From the NCBI GenBank assembly GCA_964016885.1, contig CAXHJY010000726.1, positions 11,870 to 75,869 on the forward strand: DNA of 64,000 bases, in the 5' to 3' direction. The DNA comes from Eledone cirrhosa. Its lineage: Eukaryota. Each line of letters opens with the position of its first letter. The first letter of the stretch is position 1. This document shows positions 40,946-53,299 of the stretch, in pieces. The notes under the pieces were generated by a model. The model ran no database searches. It had not been told where the DNA came from and was given only the letters and a program-made list of their open reading frames with translations. A program made the translations under genes and the position numbers.

Positions 40946-41373
40946 AATAATGGTTTCTTATATAGGCACAAGGTCAGTAATTTGGAGGAGGGGAAAGTCG
41001 ATTAAATCGACTCCAGTTCGTGACTGGTACTTTATTTTATCGACCCCATAAGGATGAAAGGCAAAGTTAACCTCGGCGGGATTTGAGCTCAGATCATAAA
41101 GAGCCGTAACTCTATGCTGCAAAGCATGGCGTCCGACCTTCTACCAATACTGCCAATCCACCGCCCTCTATTGACAGTTAATAATAATTGTTTCTACTTT
41201 TGGCACAACGCCAGCAATTACCCACTGCATTACTGGTACTTTATTTTATCGACCCCGTAAGGATGAAAGGCAAAGTTAACCTCGGCGGGATTTGAAATCA
41301 GAATGGTAAGGGCCGTAACTCTATACGTCAAAGCATGGCGTCCGACCCGCTACCTATACTGCCAATCGACCGC
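40946..41373 (-). mobile_element. Tandem pair of Nin/Deu SINEs (41373-41186 and 41166-40952)
   Basis: The second copy is flanked by a 19-bp TSD TCTATTGACAGTTAATAAT (40933-40951 / 41167-41185). Confidence 0.88.
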
Positions 41374-41793
41374 TAATAATAATGGGTTATTATAATAGAC
41401 TCTAAGTGGTTCAATTTTAATTATGGGATTGTTGGATCGAATCATGTTGGTTTGAAATTTGCGAATTTAGTAGCTGCTTTATGCCTACAGAAAATTGACC
41501 GTTCTATTTTGCTGTTAAACAGCATTTTGTCATACTTTAAAATATAGAGCAACTCCATATTGCAAAGTCCACAGTGGGACATTCCATTTTTGTAGGCCTT
41601 TGCCCCCGATAATTTCGACCAGCTAATCCCGTATTCTTGGTTTGTATCCTTAAGCTGGTAGATTTTATTGGCGAGCGTTGTTGTGTTCTCTCTCTCTTTT
41701 TCTTTTTTTCTGTTTTTCTTTTTCTTTCTTTATTACTGATGTTGTGATTTGAATTTTCCTAGTATACAAACGCTGTGTATAATTTTAATCAGT

Positions 41794-41898
41794 TATTCCG
41801 ATGATTTGATTAGGCATACATGTATTTAAAATTGAGTGATACAACTTCAAGTGATTAGCAATTTTTAGACATCCTAATCAACGAAACAATTGTTAATA
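41794..41898 (+). ncRNA. Hammerhead ribozyme with U4C core and long stem II (inverted pLTR copy)
   Basis: TATT-CCGATGA-TTTGATTAGG..~60 nt..CCTAATCAAC-GAAA-CAATTG-TT-AATA, with palindromic ACAATTGT. Confidence 0.7.
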
Positions 41899-41948
41899 CT
41901 GTAAATAAAACCCTTTTTGTACTGTTGACCATGTTATTCTTCACTCTT

Positions 41949-41987
<39 letters not shown>

Positions 41988-43437
41988 GTGTTTATCTATT
42001 CTCCCCCATTTATTATAATGGCTTACATTTTTTAACACGATATCTTCTTTCTTCTTCTTGGTTTTTTTCCTTCCTTTCTTTCTTCTTCTTTTTCTTTGTT
42101 TCTTTCATAACTTGTGCTATGAAGCACTACTTCTTTTCTCTGACGTCACACAAAATTGTATGTGTTTTGTAACTTAACTGCTATAAACTAATGTTCCGCC
42201 TCAAGTCTCTTCCTCCTTTGGACAGCGTTTGGCTTATGTCAGACGCTGTGACTCCAGATATCACCAGCAGTACCGTTGGTAGGGGTTGAAACTGCCCAAG
42301 TCCATCTCAATGGCCGATGACCATGAAGTTCCGTGTCCGTTTGTATGTTTATTTAAATAAAATAATTTTGTTTTGAAATGGTCATATCAACCTCTGTTTA
42401 CAAATTATCTGCTATTTCAAACTATATTTTTGTAAGCAATAATCAGTACACATATCCCCTGATTGTTTCCACCTGAAGATTACTACACATTTCTCTCTGT
42501 AATACGGAATGAGTAATGACCATTACTCAAGTCCAGAAAGAGGTTATCAGTAAACACTGATTCAATAAGCATTCCACTCTACACTATATATATCGTGTAC
42601 TCAAATTCTGTAAGGGTTTACACACAGACAGACAGACAGACACACACACACACATATATATATATAGGTATAAACACTATGTGTGTATGTGTATGTGAAA
42701 GCTCTTGGCTTTGTGGTGAGAAGGTGCGGCTCATGGCTTCTGTACGAGCAGTGTCGTTGAGCAAGACATTTTATTTCCCATTGCACCGCTCCACTCAGCT
42801 AGCAAAGGATAGTTGTACATATAGGTCAAAGGCTTAGTCTTGGCACATTTTGTGTCACGTTCAACCCTACTGAGAATCAGTTAAACTAAACGTGTCTGTG
42901 AAATGTTCAGCCATTTGAACATTTCTTTCACGAGTAAGCTGTTTCGTTGATAAAACAACTGCTACGGTCGTCGTTGGAACAGACGGATATCCAGCATTAT
43001 CATACATATAAAAATATATGGAGATCTATACGCACATATTCAAAAATTTGATATTACAGTTGTAAGATTTCTGTGATCATTTTCTTTCTGTTTTTGTGCG
43101 TGATACAAAATACAGTTTGATGAATAGTAGGGATTTTACAACTCCGTGTTTGTATAACAAAATCAATTCATTAAATGATATTTTGATACTCTCTATGAAC
43201 GAAATGTTCTTATCATGCAACCATCGCCTGTTGGCTGATATCAATTGGGAATTACTCTCTTTCCCTCTCTCTCGTCTCTCTCCCTCTCTCGTCCATTCTC
43301 TCCGTCTCTCGTCCATTCCCCCCCCCCTCTCTCTCTGTCGCGCTCTCTCTCTCCCTTTCTTTCTTTCTCTTTCTCTTCTTGAAACGCAGATTTAGTTGAT
43401 GGAGAAACAACACGATATTTACACACGGTTTAAATAA

Positions 43438-43472
<35 letters not shown>

Positions 43473-43798
43473 CGTATGTTATATCTATCTGTATCTATTC
43501 TCCTCTCCCCCCCTCTCTCTCTCTGTATATATATATATATATATATGCCTATATATGTATCTGTGTGTGGGCGAGTTTGTGTATAAGATGCCATTACTTA
43601 AATTACTAGGAGGAACATTATTCAACTCAGTACTCGATATTTAAAGGATTGTAGAGAGTAGACATTATTTATTACATGAAAACTGGACGTTCAAGCTTAA
43701 ATCGTTTTTATGGTTGAATAGCAATTAAATTCAGTTGACCAGATTTAATATGTTTCTACCACCATCTCTTTAGGGAAAAGGGATATTTATGAATTGAT

Positions 43799-43839
<41 letters not shown>

Positions 43840-44010
43840 AAGATAGAAAGTGAGAAAGAATGAAAGAAAGGACACAAAAGGGAGATGAGTTAGGCCAGCA
43901 AGTGTCTTGGAGATATAAAAGCAATCAAAAATACATTTAAGATATGTTGATGCGAAAAAATGTCTGTTCTGTTGAATATAAATGGTCCCTAAACAGAAAA
44001 CATTATTTTA

Positions 44011-44398
44011 ATCGGTAGAGGGTCGGACGCCATGCTTTCCAGCATAGTTACGTCCCTTTATGGTCTGAGTTCAAATCCCGCCGAGGTTAACTTTGCCTTT
44101 CATCCTTACGGCGTCGATAAAATAAAGTACCAGTAATGCACTGGGTAATTGCTGGCCTTGTAGTAACAATTATTTTATTGAGGGCGGTGGATTAGCAGTA
44201 TCGGTGGAGGGTCGGACGCCATGCTTTGCAGCATAGAGTTACGGCTCTTTATGATCTGAGCTCAAATCCCACCGAGGTTAACTTTGCCTTTCATCCTTAT
44301 GGGGTCGATAAAATAAAGTACCAGTCACGCACTGGGGTCGATTTAATCGACTTTCCCCTCCCCCAAATATGCCTTGTGCCTATATAAGAAACCATTAT
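44011..44398 (+). mobile_element. Tandem pair of Nin/Deu SINEs
   Basis: Short-tail copy 44011-44170 followed by long-tail copy 44180-44398; candidate TSD ATTATTTTAT. Confidence 0.85.
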
Positions 44399-44419
44399 TT
44401 TATATATTTCCACTAAAAA

Positions 44420-44818
44420 AGAGAGAGAGAGAGAGAGAGATTTTCTAACATAGAACCAAGACACTTTCATTGGAACATAGACTAAGTAAATACATATGTA
44501 TGTATATGTGTGTGTGTGTATGTGTCTGTGTGTATATGGCTGTTATTGCATGTGTGGATCTATGTTTTGAGTATATGTGTACACGTGCATCTGTGTCTGT
44601 GTCTATACATGTGTACATGGAGTTATTAAATGTCGAATTTCTTAAATGTTTTATATATTTTTAGTTCCATTAATCGACTGTACTTGCAACTTCCTAACTA
44701 GCCGTGCTCTTTCTGGTTCTGTGAAGCCCAGCTCCTTAAAATTTGTATTGAAGCGGTTAGTAATATATACTAGAGCTCAACTGATCATAAGTACAAATCT
44801 GAAGGTATAGTCATAGTG
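44420..44818 (-). mobile_element. R4/Dong-like element 3' fragment
   Basis: Diverged homolog of 45630-46010 (e.g. GTTCCATTAAT..GTACTTGCAA..CCTAACTAG..GTGAAGCC and TTCTAACATAGA..CATTGGAA). Confidence 0.75.
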
Positions 44819-44918
44819 AAGTATGTATGTATGTATGTATGTATGTATGTATGTATGTATGTATGTATGTATGTATGTATGTATGTATGTATGTATGTAT
44901 GTATGTATGTATGTATGT

Positions 44919-45521
44919 CAGGTCACCAGTTGGTGGTACTGGTAACATGTATCCCAGTACAACCTGTCTCATGGTCGGGTCGTTGGCGACTAAACTAACA
45001 ACCCAACCAAGGTTCTTGGTGAGGAGGGTGACTTTGGACATCCTGCAGGACAAAAAAAAACCTGTCAAAGACCAAAGGAGCTCTTAAGAGTCAATGGCCA
45101 TCCAAAATCACCAGGAGAGATGACCCCTTAGCTTTTGTCAAGGAAGAATTCTAGGAGAAGGAAAACTCTGATATAACACCTGCAACCCTGATGGTATCCA
45201 ATGATGTTGACTTGTTCTTCTTTTTGGTAAATATCATCTTGGTTAAGAGAGCGGGATTGGCTTTGTGCAGTACCTTTGCTCACTATAAAAGCTTCACGGC
45301 ACAGGCATTGCTTTATATCTGGAGATCTCTCTACACTTGTCGTCATATGGTAACATGAGCCCAGCACTATGTGTCAATAATTATCACAAGTCTAGTGTTT
45401 GTACCAGAGTTTTCAAGTCGCTGGCTGGACTAAAACGTCACACTCGTTCAGCGTATCGGTAGGGGTTCTCCTACATGGATATAAAGTAGTGGCCGTACTC
45501 GAAAACGAGTTGGCAGCCACC
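44919..45521 (+). mobile_element. ~600 bp non-autonomous RTE-like element bounded by (TATG)n
   Basis: Contains CTAGGAGAAGGAAAACTCTG (RTE 5'UTR-like) and no ORF. Ends GGCAGCCACC(ATGT)n. Second copy at 50572-51173. Confidence 0.6.
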
Positions 45522-45592
45522 ATGTATGTATGTATGTATGTATGTATGTATGTATGTATGTATGTATGTATGTATGTATGTATGTATGTATG

Positions 45593-48500
45593 TTCTTCTG
45601 GTTTTATAATTTCACAAATTTTTACCAATAGAGAGAGAGTCGGTTTCTAACATAGACTCAAGACTATCTCATTGGAATTTACACAACATCAACTAGGTAG
45701 ATATGTATGTATGCATGCATGTGTAGATATGGATGTTATTGTATGTGTGGATGTGATGTTTTGAGTTGTATGTGTGCATGTGTATATGCTTTGTATCTGT
45801 ACATGTGTATATGCAGTTATTAGATGCAAAATGTTTGGAATGTTTTACATATTTTTACTGTTCCATTAATGGATTGTACTTGCAATTTCCTAACTAGTTG
45901 TATTCTTTCTGTTCCTGTGAAGCCTAGCTTCTCAATATTTGTATTGAGGCAGTTACTAACATCACCCAGTGCCCCAATAATCACAGGCATAAATCTGAAG
46001 GTGTAATCAGGGTGGAGTATCTGCAGATTTCTCATCAGTTCTGCATAAATATTCTCCTTTTCACTAATCTTTGATATTATATTGGCATCTGCTGGGCAGC
46101 TAATTTCCACTATTATGCATGCTTTCTTCTCCCTGTCCTATATCATAATATCTGGTCTGTTATGCCTGCATTTTATTGGGGTTTTTACTGGGACATTCCT
46201 CTAGTACTCTTTCATATTATGTACATGGATGTCTTCCACATTGCTGTAGTTTTTAATGTGTTTATTATCGGGGCTATCTTTTTTACGGATTTCATTGTAC
46301 AGTGTTTTGGCCACTACATCATGCCTCATAGGTAGATAGTACCGCGATGACATCTTTGGACAGCTGCTGATGACATGGGTGACATCTTCGATGTTAATTC
46401 TGCAGAGTCTGCACTCGTTATCACATCTAGGTGTTTTTCCTGCATCCCTATCTCTTTTGTGAATCAGGTATTTCGTGTTAATCTCCTGTTCTTGGATTGC
46501 AAAAGCGTATCCTTCACAGTGGGAGCCAATATAGTAGTTGTGGGTCCAAGATAGACTACTTTCCTTATCTATATTACTCTCACTCTGGAGCTTACTGGCA
46601 ACATATCCATGCATGATTTTATGCTGATAAGCATGCAGTATTTCATCCATGGATTCACTGCGATACTGCTGAGCGACTTCCCTGGGTGTGAGGTTTTGAT
46701 TATCACACAGGGAATATCTCTCGAGGAGTTCCTTCCCAACTCTCATGACCTTATCTGTTTCATGCAGATAGGCTTGCTTGAGAGGCGGGCTCCTACGCTT
46801 CGAGGTTCGTAGATGTTGTCGGAGGGATATGATGCGACATTCAAATGCTGTCTGGACTGATGTTAGGCCTCTGCCTCCCTGCTTACGTTTCAAGTAAAGG
46901 CGGTCTATGTCACTGTTAATGTGGAAGTTTCCGGTGTTGTTTAGTATCTTTCGAGTTCTAACATTAACTGCTCGGATTTCGTCTATCGTCCAATTGAGTA
47001 TTCCAAACGTTGGTGTTAGTACAGGCACATCAAACATATTGTGAGCCACTATTTGTTTTGTGCAGAGAGTTCCGATGACCAAATCTTTCTTAATCGGGTG
47101 TAGTATTCCTTGGTTACAGATACCATTATAGGATATGTTCTCATCTATACCAGGTATCTGTAGCAGTTCTCATCAGATATCGGTGAAACAGTTAGGCCAT
47201 TGATGACAATGTTGCTAGAATGGGTTGTTGTTTTCCCCCGCTTTACAGTCATATATGAGCATTTATCTTGGCCAAACTCCATTCCTATATCCTTTGAGAA
47301 CGTTGTAACCAGGTCAAGATTTTTCTTCATCCCATCCATGTTTTGGCATAGAGTTTCAGATCATCCACAAACAAATTATGGGTTAGGTTCGTATATCTGT
47401 CCTCCTGTGAGCCAATGATGCATCCTTCACATTTCTTGAGCAGAAAACACAATGGATGAATAATATCACAGAGTGACAGTCTCCCTGAAATATACCCCTG
47501 CAATATTTTATTTTATCAGTGAAAATAGAGTCCTCCCTCTCTGTCTTTAACATTAGGATAATAGCCCAAAAAGAAAACAGCTTCTCAATAGCTCTGATAA
47601 TAATGTCTGAGACTTTAGCTAGTTGGAGGGCCTCTATCATCCAAGAGTGGGGAACAGAATCGAAAGCTTTCCTGTAGTCCAGCCAGACTGTAGCCATATT
47701 CCTCCTAAGTTGTCGCACCTCCGACATCGCAGTCTTGTTGATTAAGAGTTGTTCAGCTCATCCCCAAACCCCTTTCTTTCCAGTTGCTTGTTCATCTGTG
47801 ATGATGTTATTATTTTCACAGTGATCTTGGAGGAATAGTTTCAGGCAGGCTGATACATCCTATACACCAGGTTCTGGCATGCAATGGGTCGGTAGTTTTT
47901 TGCCAAGTGGGTGTCTTTGTTCTTGGGGACCAGTAATGTTTGTGCTAATGTCAACCATTCTGGTATAAGTGTATCTCCCTTAAGAACTTGTTGGTAGAGG
48001 TCAGTAAGATACCTCCGATAGAATATCAGTTTTTTCTACCAGTAGCCGACAATCATGTCTCTTCCTGGTGTTTTCTTATCTTGGAGTTTTCCTATCATAG
48101 TCTCAAGGGTACCCTCACTTATTTCGGATGTTTTTGTTGTAGTGTAGGAGCAATAGTTCTTTCGAATTTCTTTTAGCCACACTGCATCTTGGTTGAAATT
48201 CTTCTTTTCACCCCATATTTTGCTCCAAAAGGAATCAATGTCTTTCTGGGATGGAGCCTCAGTGACACTTATTATTTTATTCTTCATATCTCTATAGACT
48301 GATATTTGGTTTCGTCATAATCTTTTATTAAACACTTTTCTCTCATCTACCTTCTTCAGGTGTCGGCGTTTTTCGCTAACAGCTCTCAATTCTTGTTTGA
48401 GGGTGATCAGCGTATATTGAAGAGTTCTGGTTCTACTGTTACCAAACATCGTCTCTATTTTATTTTTCACTCTCTGTTGGTGAGGAGTGGGTTTTTTTTG

Positions 48501-48600
48501 TGTTTGTTTGCATGTAAGGAGCATTGTCACATATCCTATGGTTTTTCGTAGGTCAGCAATCTCTTTTTCTATTTTAGTTATATATGATGGTTTTTTATTA
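45593..48600 (-). mobile_element. R4/Dong-clade non-LTR retrotransposon (RT + CCHC + restriction-like endonuclease), degraded
   Basis: WLDYRKAFDSVPHSW, RGIFQGD, FVDD, GMEFGQDKC, RLYLKRKQGGRGL, CRLC..EDVTHVISSC..RHD and RHNRPDI..IVEISCP. The 3' end runs into (CATA)n. Many stops and frameshifts. Confidence 0.9.
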
Positions 48601-48604
48601 AATA

Positions 48605-48896
48605 CTAGCAGAATGGCCCGGCGTTGCTCGGGATTTGCTCTAGGGTTCTTATATATTTGATATATATTTATCCTTATCGAGCCTCGTGAAATAAATACGT
48701 TTGTTTATATTTTGTTATTGTGTATGCAAAAATATCTGTACACGAATATATAATTATATATATATATATATATTAAAATACTAGATTAAAGTTTAAGCAA
48801 AGAATCGCTACTTTCACCCTTAACAGGATCATCTGAAACTAAAATAAAAAAAATCAATTTGTGAACGCAGAAGTAAATATTTCGAAAATCGTTACA

Positions 48897-48942
<46 letters not shown>

Positions 48943-49270
48943 GCACACTATATATGCATATATATACACACACACACACAGCTACGTCATGATGTCGTAA
49001 TACAGACAGCCAGGCATACAGACAGATATTATAAGGGCGCAACGTTATATATATGTATCTATCTAAAAAGAGAAAGACTAAGAGAGAGATAGAGGTATCG
49101 CTAAATCGCCTAATGCGGTCCCTAGGGCATTGAAAATTTGAAATATTTTGCTCAAAACACTCACAGGACCATAAGTATTGCATGTGTAAAGTTTGAAAAC
49201 AATGGGTTGGGTGGTTCTCGAGTTTTAGTGATCGGAGTGACAGACAGACATATATCTTTAGATATATAGA
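48605..49270 (-). mobile_element. Non-autonomous Helitron containing nested PLE family A ends
   Basis: Minus strand: A|TCTATATATC..(GTCT)n at the 5' end; 3' hairpin CCCGAGCAACGCCGGG then CTAG|T. PLE A fragments at 48634-48870. Confidence 0.75.
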
Positions 49271-49859
49271 TTGTCGCTTTAATACGTTCAGCAAGAGAGA
49301 TATTTATACATGAATTAATTTCTCTTTGGAAGATTTCGTTGAGGGGAATTTTCAATTGTTTATACTTTTGATTATTATCATTATCGATAGTGTTTTCCCT
49401 AGCATTCGAGGTAGACTTAGATGGTACACGTGGTGTCAAGTTTCTTACAGGCATAGTTGTTTCAAGGCGCTGTTCGACTTTGCTGCTAGGAAGTCTAGTA
49501 GCATAGCGACCTATAGCACGTGTTGTTGATCCCCTGTTTGTTGTGGGAGACTTACAGTTAATAATATTTATCTTATTTTTACGTTCAACAAACGTCGATT
49601 GATGGCATAATTGTATGTATTTTTTTTCTTTTGTGGAGCGAGAGACTCCTCGTCTTCATTAAAACATCTCTCTTGGAGAAGGTCACTCTGATATAAAAAC
49701 TGTGACTTCGTTTGCATCAAATTATGAAAACAAGTTCTTTTTGTGCAAATATAATCGCTATTCAGAGAGTAGGATTGGCAAAGCCTTTGCATGATGTTGC
49801 TAAAATATATAATACCATCGGTAGGAGACACTGCTCTTGGGTAGATATTAGAGACTACC

Positions 49860-50460
49860 TCTGTTATTAAATATATGCATGTGTATCAGCGATTGGAATA
49901 TTGGAACATTCCCATTAAAACTTCCGCCTGATATCGTTGTTTGGTACAGAATTGAAACATTATGAAGTCATAGGCCCAGTTGTTCTGCTGATGCAAACAT
50001 TTCACAAAATCAATTGGAAAAACAATATCTATGGGCAACAACTTCGAAGCCTATAGATTCTCTATCGAGATTATAAGTTAATATTTATAGCTATAAGAAT
50101 TAGTGCACGTGGCTTTGTTAATAAATGTCAAGGGGGTAATTGAGAATAGCTAGCATTTTTAAGCAATGGAAATGATCATGCAAATATGCACATCGTAAAT
50201 ATAAGTTGTAAGCGGAACAGTAAAAACATGCAATACTTTTCTAAAGTTCAGCATTTTTATTATTTAAATTCCAACAATAGAGCTTTCTTTATAATTTTTT
50301 CGTTACAGGAAGGTTTCAAATAATCAAAAAGACAAGAAGAAAGTAACTGAATCACTGGTATTGTCTTGGTGCAAACTAAAAAGCATTGTCACCTTGTTAG
50401 GCACTCGCTTGAATTCTGCAACGACTTAAAGTAAAGAGAAATTCACATACATACATACAT
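49860..50460 (+). mobile_element. Older R4-like 3' relic ending in (CATA)n
   Basis: Degraded LEYWNIPIK..PDIVVW..CSADANIS..IYGQQLRSL..SGTVKTCNTFLKF, matching the RLE end of 45820-46200. Confidence 0.6.
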
Positions 50461-50567
50461 GATGGCTGCCCCTTCGTTATCGAGTATAGCCATTACACAA
50501 TAAAAAAAAAATATATAAAATAAATAAATAAATAAAAACATATATATATACATATATATACATACAT

Positions 50568-51515
50568 ACATGGTGGCTGCCAACTCGTTTTCAAGTACGG
50601 CCACTACTTATATCCATGTAGGAGAACCCCTACCGATGCGCTGAACGAGTGTGAATTTTTAGTCCAGCCAGCGACTTGCAAACTCTGGTACAAATACTAG
50701 ACTTGTGACAATTATTGACACATAGTGCTGGGCCCATGGTACCATGTGACGACAAGTGCAGAGAGATCTCCAGATATAAAGCAATGCCTGTGCCGTGAAG
50801 CTTTTATAGTGAGAAAAGGCACTGCACAAAGCCAGTCCCACTCTCTTAACCAAGATGATATTTTCCAAAAAGAAGAACAAGTCAACATCATTGGATACCA
50901 TCAGGGTTGCAGGTGTTATATCAGAGTTTTCCTTCTAGAATTCTGCCTTGACAAAGGCTAAGGGGTCATCTCTCCCGGTGATTTTGGATGGCCATTGACT
51001 CTTAAGAGTTCCTTTGCTCTTTGACAGGTTTTGTTTTTAGTCCTGCAGGATGTCCAAAGTCACCCTCCTCACCAAGAAACCTTGGTGGGGTTGTTAGTTT
51101 AGTCGCCAACGACCCGACCATGAGACAGGTTGTACTGGGATACATGTTACCAGTAGCACCAACTGGTGACCTGACATAAATACATACATACATACATACA
51201 TACATACATACATACATACATACATACATACATACATACATACTTCACTATGACTATACCTTCAGATTTGTACTTATGAGCAGTTGAGCTCTAGTATATA
51301 TTACTAACCGCTTCAATACAAATTTTAAGGAGCTGGGCTTCACAGAACCAGAAAGAGCACGGCTAGTTAGGAAGTTGCAAGTACAGTCGATTAATGGAAC
51401 TAAAAATATATAAAACATTTAAGAAATTCGACATTTAATAACTCCATGTACACATGTATAGACACAGACACAGATGCACGTGTACACATATACTCAAAAC
51501 ATAGATCCACACATG

Positions 51516-51520
<5 letters not shown>
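50568..51520 (-). repeat. ~950 bp inverted duplicate of 44544-45525
   Basis: Same order of R4 fragment, (TATG)n and the 600 bp element, with high but imperfect identity. Confidence 0.92.
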
Positions 51521-51572
<52 letters not shown>

Positions 51573-51576
<4 letters not shown>

Positions 51577-52031
51577 GTTCAAGAGTAAACCAATCTTAAA
51601 GAGAGAGATGGAGATACGAGAGGAGAAGAGAGATTGGTGAAGGTATTAGAAGCCAAAAGCGTAAAGGCATGTGCTCAATGTGCAATATGCAGTGGGAAGC
51701 AGCTAGAGAACTGGGTTCATGCGGAGGTTAGGTGCACAGAGCTGGAAATATTCATTAGTTAAGCAAATCAAGACCACAAATTCACATGGAAGACGTTAGT
51801 TAAAGAGTGTCAACATAGTTGCATTTTAATGTAAGGAATAAAGAGTGTCAACATTAATTGCAGTTTAATGTAAGGAATAATAATGTTGGACATTACTATT
51901 CCTTACTATTCCGGATATTATTATTCCTTACATTTAACTGCAATTAATGTTGACACTCTTTATTCCTTACATTAAAATGCAACTATGTTGACACTCTTTA
52001 ACTAACGTCTTCCATGTGAATTTGTGGTCTT
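51573..52031. mobile_element. (TA)n-bounded foldback element (probable PLE end); direct copy at 58193-58445
   Basis: 51748-51880 is inverted at 51917-52031; internal ~39 bp tandem duplication. Confidence 0.7.
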
Positions 52032-52508
52032 GATTTGCTTAACTAATGAATATATATATATATATATTGAAGTACTGTTCTGTTATATTTTGTAATATTT
52101 TGTGATATTTTGGTAATATTTTTGCCAATGTAAAACGACTTGACCTCCGTGTATTTGTTGCAATGGTATAGATATTTTTTCTTTCAACACAATTTTTTCA
52201 ACACTATTTAGTTCTATATGATTTTTTTCTTAACCTGTGTAAAACTTTATACTATTTGTTAACCTTGAATTATATATATGATGTAATTTTGTATATCTTT
52301 TGATGCCAATATATTATAATATTGTTATTATAATGTTATTATAATGTTTTTATATTGTTTATGCACACTTACAGGGAATTATATATTATATTTTATTTTT
52401 ATTTTTATCTTTATTCTTATTTTTATCTTTATTATATTATACTGTAAACAATATATATATATATATTTAAATACTTAATAAGTGTTAGTTTGTGTTTGTA
52501 CTAATGTA

Positions 52509-52579
<71 letters not shown>

Positions 52580-52866
52580 TTTTATCACCATCTATTATAT
52601 TATATTATATTCTATATCGTACTGTAATTCTCGAATTATATTACCATTTGTGTTTCAAGTTTTTGCATTATATAATATTTACAATGTGCGTTCAACATGT
52701 TAATCACTTCCATGCTATTTGGTCTATATCTATGTTTGTAACTGCTCACTCTTAATCTTAGCCTACTTTTCCTTGATATCCTTCCTAGGCTTTAATAGAT
52801 GTATACTCCATATTCTTCTGAGTTTTTGGCTTCTATTGGCCGATAGTGCTTCTTCTAGCTTTACTT

Positions 52867-52904
52867 GCCCTGATGAGTCCTTAATAGGACGAAACATTGT
52901 TGGC
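52867..52904 (+). ncRNA. Minimal type I hammerhead ribozyme
   Basis: GCC-CTGATGA-GTCC-TTAATA-GGAC-GAAA-CATTG-TT-GGC followed by AATAAA, at the end of an AT-rich PLE-like 3' UTR. Confidence 0.85.
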
Positions 52905-53053
52905 TAATAAAGACTTTTGATGTATTGAAGGCTTCTTTGGTTTATTTTTTATAATTCTTCGGCTCTGTTTAATTACATTGAGTTATATCTTATACTGTCA
53001 TTTCTATAATATGAAGAGGGTGTTTAAATCCAACACACTCTAGTATTTTAATT

Positions 53054-53118
<65 letters not shown>

Positions 53119-53156
53119 GATGTGAGAAAAACCACAGACCCTCCATCTCAACCCTA

Positions 53157-53192
53157 CTTTTGAAAAGCAGAAGAACTGCGAAACCGGTAAAG
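53157..53192 (+). ncRNA. Minimal hammerhead ribozyme with compensatory U3:A8 core
   Basis: CTT-TTGAAAA-GCAG-AAGAA-CTGC-GAAA-CCGG-TA-AAG, followed by AATAAA and bounded by (TA)n. Confidence 0.7.
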
Positions 53193-53299
53193 GAACCAAA
53201 TAAATATATATAATTTTTTTTTTAAATAAGACTCCAGTTGCATTTTCGATTTCATCTTTTTTCCTTATATATATATATATATATATATGAAAATGTTCA

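Larger units (their letters stand above)
40048..41953 (-). mobile_element. Penelope-like element (Naiad-type, family C), 5'-truncated with inverted pLTR
   Basis: Minus 41684-41442 encodes TTLANKIYQLKDTNQEYGISWSKLSGAKAYKNGMSHCGLCNMELLYILK..FCRHK* (GIY-YIG C-terminus; not in the ORF track). The 3' UTR runs to 40048 and is interrupted by two SINEs. ~41690-41953 is an inverted copy of ~40208-40460. Confidence 0.85.
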
